From: Clostridia bacterium
Lineage (GTDB): Bacteria > Bacillota > Clostridia > Oscillospirales > CAG-272
NCBI GenBank assembly: GCA_017451485.1
Contig: JAFTOG010000020.1
Location: 13,498 to 77,497 of the forward strand
Direction: 5' to 3'
DNA: 64,000 bases
A program made the position numbers and the translations under genes. Below are positions 35,679-46,915 of the stretch, piece after piece (position 1 is the stretch's first letter; each line of letters begins with the position of its first letter). A model generated the notes under the pieces. It was not told the DNA's origin. It did no database searches and saw nothing but the letters and a program-made list of their open reading frames with translations.

Positions 35679-36191
35679 TTATTGATTTATAGTCTCTTTA
35701 TTTTTATCCATTTCATTGTTAATAAGCTCGACAAAGTGTTTATCCGGCTCAAATATTACAGCATCATATCCCTGTCCGTTCTGAAATACAAGAATATATT
35801 TATCACCCGTAAATATGTTTTTTGTAAACTTGTAAAATGAAATGCCTTTATATTCTTTCCTGAGCCTTGATTTTGAATTTTTGTCAAGCTTTTCAAGGCG
35901 TACAGCATCCGTTAAGGGGAAATAACATACATATGCCCCACGCTTTCCTGTTTGCTTGTCAACATAAAAATCAAGGGTATTATTTCTTTCAGCCAATATA
36001 TATGTATAGGTTATTAATTCATATTTTATAAAAATGGCAAGGCAGGCTGTCAGCATTATCACAGCAGAGCATTGCAGTGCCGTGGTATAAAAGCCCCCTA
36101 CCTTAATCACCATACCGAGTATAGCAAGCATAAAAAGAGTACAGTATACAGCTCTTATTTTCTTGTCCGTGCGTGGTGGTGTATATTTCAT
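35679..36191 (-). CDS. membrane protein, two TM helices plus soluble domain
   Basis: 170 aa ORF with hydrophobic N-terminal half. No motif recognised. Confidence 0.5.
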   Translation of the reverse strand: MKYTPPRTDKKIRAVYCTLFMLAILGMVIKVGGFYTTALQCSAVIMLTACLAIFIKYELITYTYILAERNNTLDFYVDKQTGKRGAYVCYFPLTDAVRLEKLDKNSKSRLRKEYKGISFYKFTKNIFTGDKYILVFQNGQGYDAVIFEPDKHFVELINNEMDKNKETINQ

Positions 36192-36252
36192 AATATCCTC
36201 CTAAAAAACAGGAATCCGACTGATGTCGGATTCCAAAAGATCGTTTATAATC

Positions 36253-36435
36253 TTATGCCTCTACCTTTACGATTTCCTTGTTAGCGTAGTGGCCGCACTT
36301 GGAGCAAACACGGTGAGTAAGATTGTATTCGCCACAGTTGGAGCACTTTACCATTGTGGGAGCTGTCATCTTGCTATTGTTTGATCTTCTAAGATTTGTA
36401 CGAGAATGAGACTGCTTTCTCTTCGGAACTGCCAT
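36253..36435 (-). CDS. rpmF: 50S ribosomal protein L32
   Basis: MAVPKRKQSHSRTNLRR plus CxxC..CxxC zinc ribbon. Confidence 0.92.
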   Translation of the reverse strand: MAVPKRKQSHSRTNLRRSNNSKMTAPTMVKCSNCGEYNLTHRVCSKCGHYANKEIVKVEA

Positions 36436-36492
36436 CGATTTATCCTCCTTAAACGAAACTAATATCTTATCTTAATTATTATACTACAAAAT

Positions 36493-37014
36493 TTAATCAT
36501 TTTCAAGTAGTTTTTGTAAAATTGCAAGTCTGGGATCAATTTCTTTTTTCTTCGGGCAATCACAAGGACCAAAATTGAGGTCTTTACCACATTTTGGACA
36601 AAGTCCTGCGCATTCCTCTTCACACAGGAACCTTGATGGAAATTCAAGCAACAGCTCCTCAACAAGTTCACGGTCGATGTCCAATTTACCGTTTTTCATA
36701 ATGACATAAGCGTCATTGTCCTCATCCTGAAGCGTACCTGAATCAGCAACAGTGCGATTGAATTTAAGGATAAATTTGCCAAAGATATCCTTAAGACATC
36801 TTGCACAATGCGTTGTGTAATCAAGCTCAGCAGTAAATTCCAGGGTCATATAGCCTGCATTATTTACAACTGTGCCCTTTACATGTGCAGTTGGTGCAAA
36901 AGAAACATCATCCGGTGGGATAAGCACATTTTCATCCCCGTCATTGCCAAGATCGTATTCAAAATCAAGAGAATTTACCTTGCCACTAATAAGGGGAGTT
37001 AAGTCAAGTACCAT
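36493..37014 (-). CDS. yceD: YceD/DUF177 family protein (large-subunit rRNA accumulation)
   Basis: 173 aa. Cys-rich C-terminus (CEEECAGLCPKCGKDLN). Canonical position upstream of rpmF. Confidence 0.8.
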   Translation of the reverse strand: MVLDLTPLISGKVNSLDFEYDLGNDGDENVLIPPDDVSFAPTAHVKGTVVNNAGYMTLEFTAELDYTTHCARCLKDIFGKFILKFNRTVADSGTLQDEDNDAYVIMKNGKLDIDRELVEELLLEFPSRFLCEEECAGLCPKCGKDLNFGPCDCPKKKEIDPRLAILQKLLEND

Positions 37015-37154
37015 ATCATACCTCCACTATGCCTTTTCACAGATACATATTATATATAAAAATAATCTTTTTGTCAAGTATTTTTTCAAAAAAACTTGAA
37101 TAGATGAAATTTATGTGATACAATGATAGAAAATTGCAAAAAGGAGTAAAAAAA

Positions 37155-37739
37155 TTGGATAAGCTTTCCAAAATTATTAAGTATATTTTTGTAATTGCAT
37201 TGATAGCTTTTCTGGCTGTGCTGTTTTTAAGGATTTGTCAATCTGACCATAAGGCTCTTGAAGATATAAAGATAACAGACAATTTTATTAAGGCATATGA
37301 AAAGGATAGCGATATCCGTACCCATGCCGTAAACGACGGATTTTCGGAAAACGGTGCTGTATTTGCATACTCTCTTGTCTATATGGAGGATGCGGGATAT
37401 CTTCAGCTTACCGTGAGATATAATGTAAGACATATGGATGAGGTAAAGGAATCCTATCCGGATTTCTCCGAGGAAAATATAAAATATGTTCTTAAGGACG
37501 GTAAGGGAAAGGTATATGAGCCCAAAATCATAGATGAGGAAAGAAAATACAACTATCAGTATTACAAGCTTGAATTTACGGATATAGACACCTTTGATTC
37601 CGACCTCAGGATCTACATGATACTCGGTGACATAGAAGAGAATGTAAGTTCAAAAAATATTCTTGTTATCCATCGTCACGACGATACATCAATACCCTAT
37701 GAGCTTTCAAGCAGTGAAAAAAAGCTTTTGGGAAAATAA
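37155..37739 (+). CDS. membrane-anchored hypothetical protein
   Basis: Single N-terminal TM helix. TTG at 37155 follows aaaggag. The track ORF starts at TTG 37134. Confidence 0.5.
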   Translation: MDKLSKIIKYIFVIALIAFLAVLFLRICQSDHKALEDIKITDNFIKAYEKDSDIRTHAVNDGFSENGAVFAYSLVYMEDAGYLQLTVRYNVRHMDEVKESYPDFSEENIKYVLKDGKGKVYEPKIIDEERKYNYQYYKLEFTDIDTFDSDLRIYMILGDIEENVSSKNILVIHRHDDTSIPYELSSSEKKLLGK

Positions 37740-37746
37740 GCTGATC

Positions 37747-37787
37747 AAAAAAATATCCGCAGTAAAACTTTACTGCGGATATTTTTT
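37747..37787 (+). terminator. rho-independent terminator
   Basis: atatccgcagtaa aact ttactgcggatat followed by tttttt. Confidence 0.8.
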
Positions 37788-37856
37788 GCCTTAGTTATTT
37801 ACAATTAAATATATATGTGATAAAATATTTAAGATAATATAAAGGGAGGCATCGCC

Positions 37857-39833
37857 GTGTTACAGAATAAATTTAATCTTAAAAGTGCATATAAGCCAAC
37901 AGGCGACCAGCCTCAGGCAATTTCAAAGCTCACAGCGGGAATACTTAACGGTGAGAGAATGCAGACGCTTCTTGGCGTTACAGGCTCGGGTAAGACATTT
38001 ACAATGGCTAATGTTATAGCCAACGTGAATAAACCCACTCTGATTTTGGAGCCTAATAAAACTCTTGCTGCCCAGGTATGCTCGGAAATGAGGGAGCTTT
38101 TCCCCGACAATGCAGTAGAATATTTTGTGTCCTATTATGATTACTATCAGCCCGAGGCATATATTCCCGGTAAGGATATTTATATCGAAAAGGACGCTAT
38201 GATAAACGATGAGATAGACAAGCTCCGTCACAGTGCAACAAGCTCATTATTTGAACGGAATGATGTTATAATAGTTGCCAGCGTGTCCTGTATATATTCC
38301 TTGGGTGACCCTGAGGAATACCAGAGTATGCTTATTGATATAAGACAGGGTATGACTATGGACAGAGACACTCTTGTTCGTCGTCTTGTAGCTCTTAATT
38401 ACGAGAGAAACGATATTAATTTTGTCCGTAATAAATTTAGAATACGGGGAGATGTGGTTGAAATTTTCCCTGCATCCTCGTCGGATAAGGCTATCCGTGT
38501 GGAATTTTTTGACGATGAGATAGACCGTGTCACTGAGATAAATACCTTGACAGGAGAGGTTATCCGTTCCCTTAAATACTGTGCTGTATTCCCGGCTAAT
38601 CACTATGTTGTGTCGGATGAAAAGAGAGAAAAGGCTCTGTCCCAAATTTATGATGAAATGGTGGATAGAGTGGCTTATTTCAAATCACAGAATAAGCTTT
38701 TGGAGGCACAGAGAATAGAGGAAAGAACAAAGTATGATATAGAAATGCTTCGTGAGATAGGCTTCTGCTCAGGAGTTGAAAACTACTCAAGAGTATTGTC
38801 AGGCAGAGAACCGGGCTCAACTCCCTATACACTACTTGACTACTTTCCAAAGGATTTTGTAATTTTCATAGATGAGAGCCATGTTACAGTACCTCAGGTA
38901 AGAGGAATGAGTGGTGGAGATTTGGCAAGAAAGACCAACCTTATTGAATATGGCTTCCGTTTGCCCTCTGCCTATGATAACAGACCTCTTAATTTTAAGG
39001 AATTCTGGGACAAGCTTAACCAGGTTGTGTTCGTTTCTGCTACTCCGGCAGAATATGAAAAACAACATTCTTCCTCTGTGGCAGAGCAGCTTATCAGACC
39101 TACAGGACTTATAGACCCATTGGTTGAGGTACGCCCCATATCTACTCAGATTGATGATGTAATGGGAGAAATACGCCTTCATGCAGAAGTGGGAGAAAGG
39201 GTGCTTGTTACTACTCTTACCACAAAAATGGCAGAGGACCTGACGGATTTTCTGTCTTCTAACGGTATAAAGGTCAAATATATTCATCATAATGTTGATA
39301 CCATTGAAAGAATGGAAATTATCCGTTCTCTCCGTTTGGGAGAATTTGATGTCCTTGTTGGTATTAATCTTCTTCGTGAGGGATTGGATATTCCCGAGGT
39401 GTCCTTAGTTGCTATTCTGGACGCAGATAAGGAAGGACTTTTCCGTTCCGAAACAGCCCTTATACAGACTATAGGAAGAGCTGCCCGCAACGCCAACGGT
39501 AAGGTAATTATGTACGCTGATGAAATCACAAGGTCTATGAGTAATGCCATAGGAGAAACAGAAAGACGCCGTAGGATACAGTCGGAGTATAATGAAGCAA
39601 ACGGCATAATTCCAAGGACCGTTATAAAGGGAGTTCACGATGTTATCGACTTAGGAAAGCGTAGCGAGGAGAAAGAAAAGCGGCGTAAGCTTACTAAAGA
39701 GGATAAGGAAAAGCTTATTGAACAGTACACAGCAGAAATGCGTGAGGCATCCCGTAAGCTTGAATTTGAAAAGGCTGCTTTCTTAAGAGATAAAATCAAG
39801 GAGCTTAAAACTACTAAGCAGGTGAAAAAATGA
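37857..39833 (+). CDS. uvrB: excinuclease ABC subunit B
   Basis: 658 aa. GVTGSGKTF Walker A, helicase motifs, C-terminal UVR domain ([15 protein letters not shown]). GTG start. Confidence 0.95.
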   Translation: MLQNKFNLKSAYKPTGDQPQAISKLTAGILNGERMQTLLGVTGSGKTFTMANVIANVNKPTLILEPNKTLAAQVCSEMRELFPDNAVEYFVSYYDYYQPEAYIPGKDIYIEKDAMINDEIDKLRHSATSSLFERNDVIIVASVSCIYSLGDPEEYQSMLIDIRQGMTMDRDTLVRRLVALNYERNDINFVRNKFRIRGDVVEIFPASSSDKAIRVEFFDDEIDRVTEINTLTGEVIRSLKYCAVFPANHYVVSDEKREKALSQIYDEMVDRVAYFKSQNKLLEAQRIEERTKYDIEMLREIGFCSGVENYSRVLSGREPGSTPYTLLDYFPKDFVIFIDESHVTVPQVRGMSGGDLARKTNLIEYGFRLPSAYDNRPLNFKEFWDKLNQVVFVSATPAEYEKQHSSSVAEQLIRPTGLIDPLVEVRPISTQIDDVMGEIRLHAEVGERVLVTTLTTKMAEDLTDFLSSNGIKVKYIHHNVDTIERMEIIRSLRLGEFDVLVGINLLREGLDIPEVSLVAILDADKEGLFRSETALIQTIGRAARNANGKVIMYADEITRSMSNAIGETERRRRIQSEYNEANGIIPRTVIKGVHDVIDLGKRSEEKEKRRKLTKEDKEKLIEQYTAEMREASRKLEFEKAAFLRDKIKELKTTKQVKK

Positions 39834-42664
39834 TTGATAAAATAGAAATAAAGGGTGCAAGAGTGCACAACCTGAAAAATATAGATTTGACAATTCCAAG
39901 GGACAAGCTTGTTGTTCTTACCGGTCTTTCCGGCTCTGGTAAATCCTCTCTTGCATTTGATACTATATATGCAGAGGGACACAGAAGGTTTGTAGAGTCA
40001 CTCTCATCCTATGCAAGGATGTTTCTCGGTCAGCTTGATAAACCGGATGTGGACTCTATTGAGGGTCTATCTCCCGCTATATCCATAGACCAGAAGACCA
40101 CATCTAAAAACCCGAGGTCAACAGTTGGTACAGTAACAGAGATATACGACTACTTAAGACTTTTGTACGCCCGTCTTGGCGTTGTCCACTGTCCTGAGTG
40201 TGGTAAGGAGATAAGACAGCAGACAGTAGACCAGATAATAGATAAAATACTTGAGCTTCCCGAGGGAGAACGCTTTATGGTGCTTTCTCCTGTTGTAAGG
40301 GGAAAGAAGGGCAGACACGAAAAAGTAATTGCCGATGCGAGAAAAAACGGATATACAAGGCTCCGTATTGACGGTACAGTTTACGATATTAATGAGGATA
40401 TAGAATTAGAGCTTACAAAAAAGCATAGCATCGATATCGTAGTTGACAGATTGGTTATTAAGGACGGTATCCGTTCAAGACTTGCCGACTCTGTGGAAAA
40501 TGCTCTTAAGGCGTCTGACGGCAGACTTACTGTTGTTACCGTTCCAAGGGACGGAGAGGGAGTGGAATACGGCTTTTCCATTAACTACGCATGTGAGGAG
40601 CATAATATCAGCTTTGGAGAGATAGAGCCCCGTTCCTTTTCGTTCAATAATCCCTTCGGTGCCTGTGAGCATTGCCTCGGTATAGGAGAAATGAGAAATA
40701 TCTCTCCCGAAAAGATAATACCCGATAAGAATCTTGCCCTGAATCAGGGTGCGATAGCCGTAAACGGCTTTAAGACCATAGATGAGGAGAGCTGGAACGG
40801 TCCACTTATTACTGCAGTAGGAGAGAGAATGGGCTTTAGCCTTGATACACCAATCAAGGATTACACTAAGGAGCAGCTACACGCCCTGTTGTACGGCACA
40901 GGAGATGAATATTATACAATCGACAGATATTTTGCCAAGCAGCATAAAAGACAGACTGTGAAATTCGAGGGAATTATAGGCATAATTAAATCAAGAATGC
41001 AGATGATGGGCGAGGAGTATTATGAGCAGTTTATTGAGGAGACACCCTGTCCGGTTTGCCACGGTCAAAGACTCAATAAATTTTCACTGTCGGTTACGGT
41101 AGGTAGCAAGAATATTGATGAGTTTTGCCGTATGTCCGTAAGCAATAGCCTTGATTTTATAAACAGCCTGGAGTTTACTTCCTCCGAGGAGCAGATTGCA
41201 AAGGATATTCTGAAGGAAATCCGTGCCCGTCTCGGCTTTATGAAAAGTGTGGGTCTTGAATATCTTACCTTAGCAAGAAGGGCATCGACCCTGTCGGGAG
41301 GAGAGGCACAGAGAATACGCCTTGCCACACAGATAGGCTCATCCCTTGTGGGCGTGCTTTATATCCTTGATGAGCCCAGTATAGGTCTGCATCAGAGAGA
41401 TAACAGTAAGCTGATAAAAACCCTTTGTAATCTTCGTGATGTTGGTAACAGCGTTATTGTTGTAGAGCACGATGAGGAGACTATGCTGTCCTCCGATTAT
41501 ATAGTTGATATAGGTCCCGGTGCAGGAGTCCACGGTGGAGAAATAGTTGCGGCAGGAACTCCGGATGAAATAATGAAGAATGAGGCATCCATAACAGGAG
41601 CCTATCTTTCCGGCAGAAAGGAAATAAAAATTCCCAAATCAAGACGCCCCGGCAACGGTAATTTTATCAAAATTTTCGGAGCGAAGGAAAATAACCTTAA
41701 AAATATAAATGTTGATATTCCTTTGGGCTGTTTTGTAGCCGTTACAGGCGTGTCCGGGTCGGGAAAATCCTCACTCGTTAATAAAATTTTGTTACAAACT
41801 CTGGCTAAAAAGCTTAATCGTGCCATTACCTACCCGGGTAAATGCGACAGAATAGAGGGCTATGAGGCACTTGATAAGGTAATAGCCATAGACCAGTCCC
41901 CTATTGGACGCACTCCCAGGTCAAATCCAGCCACATATACGGGTCTTTTTAATGAAATAAGAGATTTATTTGCAAAAACTCCCGATGCAAAAATGCGATC
42001 CTACGGCCCCGGTAGATTTTCCTTTAATGTAAAGGGAGGAAGATGCGAGGCATGTGAGGGTGACGGCGTTAAAAAGATAGAAATGCATTTCTTACCCGAT
42101 GTGTATGTAAAGTGTGATGTGTGTAAGGGAAAACGCTATAACAAGGATACTCTTGAGGTTAAATTCAAGGGAAAGAATATTTTTGATGTTCTTGATATGA
42201 CCGCAGAGGAGGGAGCTGTATTCTTCAGTGAGATACCCTCAATTTCAAGAAAGCTCCAAACTATATGCGATGTAGGACTCGGTTATGTTAAAATAGGTCA
42301 GTCCTCCACAACCCTGTCGGGAGGAGAGGCACAGAGAGTAAAGCTTGCAACAGAGCTGTCAAAGCGTTCAACCGGAAGAACTATGTACATCCTTGACGAG
42401 CCTACCACAGGCTTGCATTCCGAGGATGTTAACAAGCTTATCGGTGTTCTTCAACGACTCGTGGACGCAGGCAACAGCGTACTTGTGATAGAGCATAATC
42501 TCGATGTTATAAAGACTGCAGACTATATAATTGATCTTGGCCCGGAGGGTGGCGACAACGGTGGTACAGTTGTTGCAACAGGCACTCCCGAGGAGGTCGC
42601 AGAGCACCCAACATCCTATACGGGAATATATGTAAAAAAAGCACTGAATCACTATAAAGATTAA
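39830..42664 (+). CDS. uvrA: excinuclease ABC subunit A
   Basis: 944 aa. Two ABC modules ([18 protein letters not shown], two LSGGE signatures) and zinc modules. 4-nt overlap with uvrB. Confidence 0.95.
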   Translation: MIDKIEIKGARVHNLKNIDLTIPRDKLVVLTGLSGSGKSSLAFDTIYAEGHRRFVESLSSYARMFLGQLDKPDVDSIEGLSPAISIDQKTTSKNPRSTVGTVTEIYDYLRLLYARLGVVHCPECGKEIRQQTVDQIIDKILELPEGERFMVLSPVVRGKKGRHEKVIADARKNGYTRLRIDGTVYDINEDIELELTKKHSIDIVVDRLVIKDGIRSRLADSVENALKASDGRLTVVTVPRDGEGVEYGFSINYACEEHNISFGEIEPRSFSFNNPFGACEHCLGIGEMRNISPEKIIPDKNLALNQGAIAVNGFKTIDEESWNGPLITAVGERMGFSLDTPIKDYTKEQLHALLYGTGDEYYTIDRYFAKQHKRQTVKFEGIIGIIKSRMQMMGEEYYEQFIEETPCPVCHGQRLNKFSLSVTVGSKNIDEFCRMSVSNSLDFINSLEFTSSEEQIAKDILKEIRARLGFMKSVGLEYLTLARRASTLSGGEAQRIRLATQIGSSLVGVLYILDEPSIGLHQRDNSKLIKTLCNLRDVGNSVIVVEHDEETMLSSDYIVDIGPGAGVHGGEIVAAGTPDEIMKNEASITGAYLSGRKEIKIPKSRRPGNGNFIKIFGAKENNLKNINVDIPLGCFVAVTGVSGSGKSSLVNKILLQTLAKKLNRAITYPGKCDRIEGYEALDKVIAIDQSPIGRTPRSNPATYTGLFNEIRDLFAKTPDAKMRSYGPGRFSFNVKGGRCEACEGDGVKKIEMHFLPDVYVKCDVCKGKRYNKDTLEVKFKGKNIFDVLDMTAEEGAVFFSEIPSISRKLQTICDVGLGYVKIGQSSTTLSGGEAQRVKLATELSKRSTGRTMYILDEPTTGLHSEDVNKLIGVLQRLVDAGNSVLVIEHNLDVIKTADYIIDLGPEGGDNGGTVVATGTPEEVAEHPTSYTGIYVKKALNHYKD

Positions 42665-42668
42665 AAAA

Positions 42669-42717
42669 GGTGAGTTGGTATCGTGCCATTAGAGGCAACG
42701 CCAACTCACCGTTTTTT
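42669..42717. terminator. terminator between uvrA and the convergent deacetylase gene
   Basis: ggtgagttgg..ccaactcacc stem (10 bp) followed by tttttt, with an A-run upstream. Confidence 0.7.
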
Positions 42718-42730
42718 CTATTTCTGCTGC

Positions 42731-43693
42731 TTATTTAACTGTGATCCTTGCCTCAAGATTGGGTACAACATTTATGTATGCAATACCGTTTTTCGACTCA
42801 TAATCCGTAGTTGTTCCGTTCTGGCATACGGTCACACCGTTTATTGCATTTACCTCAAGAGTCAATGGATATGTAAATATCTTCTTGTCAAGGTCATTTT
42901 TGAGAATTATCTCGGACTCTGTGGCTGAAATTTCGTTTATTACGAGCTCGGAGTCCTGATATTCCTTAATGTATTTTACAGCCTCGTTAAAGGAGGGAAC
43001 CCAGATTTCTCCCGCTTTAACAAGCTCTGCAAGGTAGTCACACTGGAGAATAAAGGAGGATACGGACTGTGCGTGGAAGGTGTCCTGCTCCTTGTCGCTT
43101 ATCCAGTGGTTGATCTGTACTCCCCATACATTTTTCTCGAGGAGAGTGTCGATATATTCCTTGTAATACGCAAGATCCTTGTACTTAAAGTTGGGTACAA
43201 ATGCGTGGGCATATATAAGGTCAACGGTATCAACATCGTTGTAGGGCGGCTCCTCACAGTTGCTCCTGTTACCGTAATAGCATTCCTTAAGCACCTGACA
43301 GCCGTCAACAGTATTTGTTCCACCGGGATTTACAAAGGAGATAACCTCCATACCCTCAAAAATTCTTTCAAGAGCCTCCTTGGAGTCGTGGGCATCCTTT
43401 CTTCTTCTTTCAATGTCTATATTAGCGTTGTATGCAAAGGCGTGGTCCATAGAGTGGGATGCAAGGTCGAACCAACCGTCCTTGAATGCTTTTTTCCAGA
43501 ATTCAATAAGCTCCTCATTAAGGAAATTTACAGTATGAGCACTTGTTGCAATAAGCTTAACGCCGTGCTTCTTTTCTGTGTCCTCGAAAATGCTGATTAC
43601 TTTTTCTGTGGAGGGCTTATAGCATCCGTCGTCAAATACAAAGGAGAATGCTCCCTTGGCACCGTTCTTGAATTTTGATTTCTTAATTTCCAT
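42731..43693 (-). CDS. polysaccharide deacetylase-like protein with C-terminal beta-rich domain
   Basis: FSFVFDDG and ASHSMDH NodB-type motifs. Start at 43693 preceded by gaggt. The track ORF extends to 43747. Confidence 0.6.
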   Translation of the reverse strand: MEIKKSKFKNGAKGAFSFVFDDGCYKPSTEKVISIFEDTEKKHGVKLIATSAHTVNFLNEELIEFWKKAFKDGWFDLASHSMDHAFAYNANIDIERRRKDAHDSKEALERIFEGMEVISFVNPGGTNTVDGCQVLKECYYGNRSNCEEPPYNDVDTVDLIYAHAFVPNFKYKDLAYYKEYIDTLLEKNVWGVQINHWISDKEQDTFHAQSVSSFILQCDYLAELVKAGEIWVPSFNEAVKYIKEYQDSELVINEISATESEIILKNDLDKKIFTYPLTLEVNAINGVTVCQNGTTTDYESKNGIAYINVVPNLEARITVK

Positions 43694-43836
43694 AGGTATT
43701 ACCTCGCTTTCTGCCTTAATTTTACCATTTGAGAATCCAAAAGTCAATTATATATATAAATTAATCAAAAGTAAGTGTTGACAAACGGGTAAAAAAGTAG
43801 TATTATTCTACATTGGAAAATAAAAAGGAGGAAAAT

Positions 43837-44940
43837 ATGAAATATTGTATATGCTTTATACGGTCACATGCCGTATTCCTTATTGCCACTATGTGTGCTA
43901 TTGTCACATCGATTATAGTTCCTCCCGATGAAAAATATCTTGGGTATATAGATTTTAAGACTCTTGCTTGTCTGCTTGCTACCCTTTGCGTTGTATGTGC
44001 ACTTAAGAACATTAAATTCTTTACCATCCTTGCAAGAAGGATAATACATTCTACACCAAATTTCAGAGTGTGCGTTCTTGCCCTTCTGTACATAACCTTC
44101 ATAGGCTCATTGTTTATAGCTAACGATATGGCACTTATCACCTTTCTCCCTCTCGGATGGTATGTGCTTCACGATACGGGAAATGAGAAGTATACCCCCT
44201 GGCTGTTTGTTTTACAGAATATAGCAGCTAACCTTGGCGGTATGCTCACTCCCTTTGGTAACCCTCAGAATCTTTATCTGTATACCAAATTCAATATTCC
44301 CACTATGGAATTTATGGGCATAATGCTTTGGCCCTTCCTTTTATCGGTGGCTATGATTACCCTTTCGGTTTTCTTTTTTCCGGCCGATAAAATGGAGCTG
44401 AAAAAAACGGAATATTTTGTATTCAAGCCAAAGAGAAGTGTGATATATCTTGTGCTGTTCACCCTCTCCATTCTTATGGTGTTTTCGGTGGTGCCTTATT
44501 ATATTGCTCTTGCTATTATTGTGGTTGCTGTTCTTATAATGGACAGATATGCCCTATTGAGAGTTGATTATTTCCTTATTCTCACCTTTTTTATGTTCTT
44601 TATCTTTGCCGGAAATATGTCAAGGATAGATGTTATTAGGGAATTGCTTTCCGGTCTTTTGGAAAAGAACACACTTGTTTTTTCGGCACTGTCCTGTCAG
44701 GTAATATCGAATGTACCGTCTGCAATTCTGCTTTCCCAGTTTACCGATAATTACAAAGAGCTTCTTTTGGGCGTAAACATAGGTGGAACGGGAACTATTA
44801 TAGCATCCTTGGCAAGCCTTATTACATTTTCGGAGTATTGCAGATGTACTGAGGGAAGCAAGAAGAGATATTTTGCCATTTTTACTCTCCTTAATGCTGT
44901 TTTTCTCGGTATATTGCTGATTTTTTGCAGTATTTTGTAA
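43837..44940 (+). CDS. anion permease (ArsB/NhaD / citrate-transporter-like superfamily)
   Basis: ~367 aa polytopic protein. GNPQNLYL motif typical of this superfamily. ATG after aaaggagg. Confidence 0.6.
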   Translation: MKYCICFIRSHAVFLIATMCAIVTSIIVPPDEKYLGYIDFKTLACLLATLCVVCALKNIKFFTILARRIIHSTPNFRVCVLALLYITFIGSLFIANDMALITFLPLGWYVLHDTGNEKYTPWLFVLQNIAANLGGMLTPFGNPQNLYLYTKFNIPTMEFMGIMLWPFLLSVAMITLSVFFFPADKMELKKTEYFVFKPKRSVIYLVLFTLSILMVFSVVPYYIALAIIVVAVLIMDRYALLRVDYFLILTFFMFFIFAGNMSRIDVIRELLSGLLEKNTLVFSALSCQVISNVPSAILLSQFTDNYKELLLGVNIGGTGTIIASLASLITFSEYCRCTEGSKKRYFAIFTLLNAVFLGILLIFCSIL

Positions 44941-45037
44941 AAAATATAAAAAAGCACTTTAATTTTACTGCAAGTCGTGTTATAATATTATCCGCAAAAA
45001 AATTTATTGATTTATACTATATATAGAGGTTATAAAA

Positions 45038-46858
45038 ATGATTAGAGAAGATTTAAGAAATGTTGCGATTATCGCCCATGTTGACCACGGTAAGACAACT
45101 CTTGTTGACGGTATGCTTCAGCAGGGTGGTGCTTATCATGAAAATCAGGCTACAACAGAGAGAGTGATGGACTCAAACGACCTTGAAAAGGAAAGAGGAA
45201 TTACCATCCTCGCTAAAAATACTGCCATTCGTTACGGAGATAAGAAGATAAATGTTATTGACACCCCCGGTCACGCTGATTTCGGTGGTGAGGTAGAACG
45301 CATACTTAAGATGGTAAACGGAGTTATTCTTCTTGTTGACGCAGCTGAGGGACCTATGCCACAGACAAGATTTGTTCTTCAGAAAGCTATGGAGCTTAAT
45401 CATAGGATTATCGTAGTTGTAAATAAGATTGACCGTCCCGATGCAAGAATAACAGAGGTTATTGACGAGGTGCTTGAGCTTCTTATTGACTTGAATGCAA
45501 CTGATGAACAGCTCGACTCTCCCATGCTTTTCTGCTCCGGCAGAGCGGGTACAGCATCCCTCTCTCCCGATGTTGAGGGTACGGACCTTATTCCCCTTCT
45601 TGATACAATTGTTAATTATATCCCTGCTCCTGAGGGAGAGGGTGATGATGGACTTCAGCTCCTTGTTTCCTCCGTTGATTACAGTGACTATGTGGGAAAA
45701 ATCGGAATAGGAAGAATTGAAAGAGGTACACTTAAGGTGAATCAGGAGGTTTCTGTTTGCAATTATCACTCCGATGAAAAGCCTCGCCGTGCAAAAATAG
45801 TTTCTATCTATCAGTTTGAGGGACTTTCCCGTTCATCTGTGCAGACTGCGACAGTTGGTGATATTGTATGCTTCTCGGGTGTTGAACAGATTTCAATAGG
45901 AGATACTCTTTGCTCCATTGATAATGTTGAGCCTCTTGAGTTTGTTAAGGTATCTGAGCCTACTATGGAAATGACCTTTTCCGTAAATGACAGCCCCTTT
46001 GCGGGACAGGAGGGTAAATTCGTTACAACCCGTCAGATAAGAGACCGTCTCTATAAGGAGACCCTCAAGGATGTATCTCTCAGAGTACAGGATGGCGATA
46101 CAACAGATTCCTTCAAGGTGGCAGGAAGAGGTGAAATGCACCTTGCTATACTTATCGAAAATATGAGGAGAGAGGGCTATGAGCTTTGCTGCTCCACACC
46201 TCATGTTCTTTATAAAACCATTGACGGTATTCTTCATGAGCCTATGGAAAGAACATCTATTGATGTACCCGACGATGCTGTCGGCTCCGTAGTGCAGAAG
46301 CTTGGTGCCCGTAAGGGAGAGCTTCTTGAAATGGGTAAGGTTGGTTCAAGAACAAGAATAGAGTATCTTATCCCCTCAAGATGTCTTTTCGGCTACAGAA
46401 GTGAATTTATGACAGATACAAAGGGAGAGGGCGTAATCAACACAATCTTTGACGGCTATCAGCCCTTTAAGGGAGAGGTTGTAACAAGATATACAGGCTC
46501 ACTTATTGCATCCGAGACAGGAGAGGCTACCTCTTACGGTCTTTACAACACTCAGGACAGGGGAGCTATGTTTATCGGTGTACAGACTCCTGTATATGAG
46601 GGAATGATAGTTGGTGAATGCCCAAAGATGGAGGATATAGTTGTGAATGTATGTAAGAAGAAGCATCTTACAGCAGTGCGTTCAAAGGGTGCAGACGAGG
46701 CACTTATCCTTACTCCTCCGAGGATTCTTTCTCTTGAGCAGGCTATTGAGTATATCGCAGAGGATGAGCTTATCGAGGTAACTCCCAAGTCCATCCGTCT
46801 CCGTAAGAAGATACTTGACACCGCTACAAGATTAAAGACACAGGCAAAATTAAAATAA
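45038..46858 (+). CDS. typA: translational GTPase TypA/BipA
   Basis: 606 aa. AHVDHGKTT, DTPGHADF, NKIDR. Domain order as in BipA. Confidence 0.93.
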   Translation: MIREDLRNVAIIAHVDHGKTTLVDGMLQQGGAYHENQATTERVMDSNDLEKERGITILAKNTAIRYGDKKINVIDTPGHADFGGEVERILKMVNGVILLVDAAEGPMPQTRFVLQKAMELNHRIIVVVNKIDRPDARITEVIDEVLELLIDLNATDEQLDSPMLFCSGRAGTASLSPDVEGTDLIPLLDTIVNYIPAPEGEGDDGLQLLVSSVDYSDYVGKIGIGRIERGTLKVNQEVSVCNYHSDEKPRRAKIVSIYQFEGLSRSSVQTATVGDIVCFSGVEQISIGDTLCSIDNVEPLEFVKVSEPTMEMTFSVNDSPFAGQEGKFVTTRQIRDRLYKETLKDVSLRVQDGDTTDSFKVAGRGEMHLAILIENMRREGYELCCSTPHVLYKTIDGILHEPMERTSIDVPDDAVGSVVQKLGARKGELLEMGKVGSRTRIEYLIPSRCLFGYRSEFMTDTKGEGVINTIFDGYQPFKGEVVTRYTGSLIASETGEATSYGLYNTQDRGAMFIGVQTPVYEGMIVGECPKMEDIVVNVCKKKHLTAVRSKGADEALILTPPRILSLEQAIEYIAEDELIEVTPKSIRLRKKILDTATRLKTQAKLK

Positions 46859-46869
46859 ATAATACAAAT

Positions 46870-46898
46870 GGCTGTTTCTTATACTAAACAGCCTTTTT
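46870..46898 (+). terminator. rho-independent terminator after typA
   Basis: ggctgttt cttatact aaacagcc followed by ttttt. Confidence 0.75.
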
Positions 46899-46915
46899 GT
46901 TAAAAGGGAGAAAAT

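Noticed and set aside
42683-42928. 81-aa plus-strand ORF after uvrA.
   Set aside because: It starts inside the uvrA terminator hairpin and runs antisense to the 3' end of the deacetylase gene. There are no translation signals.
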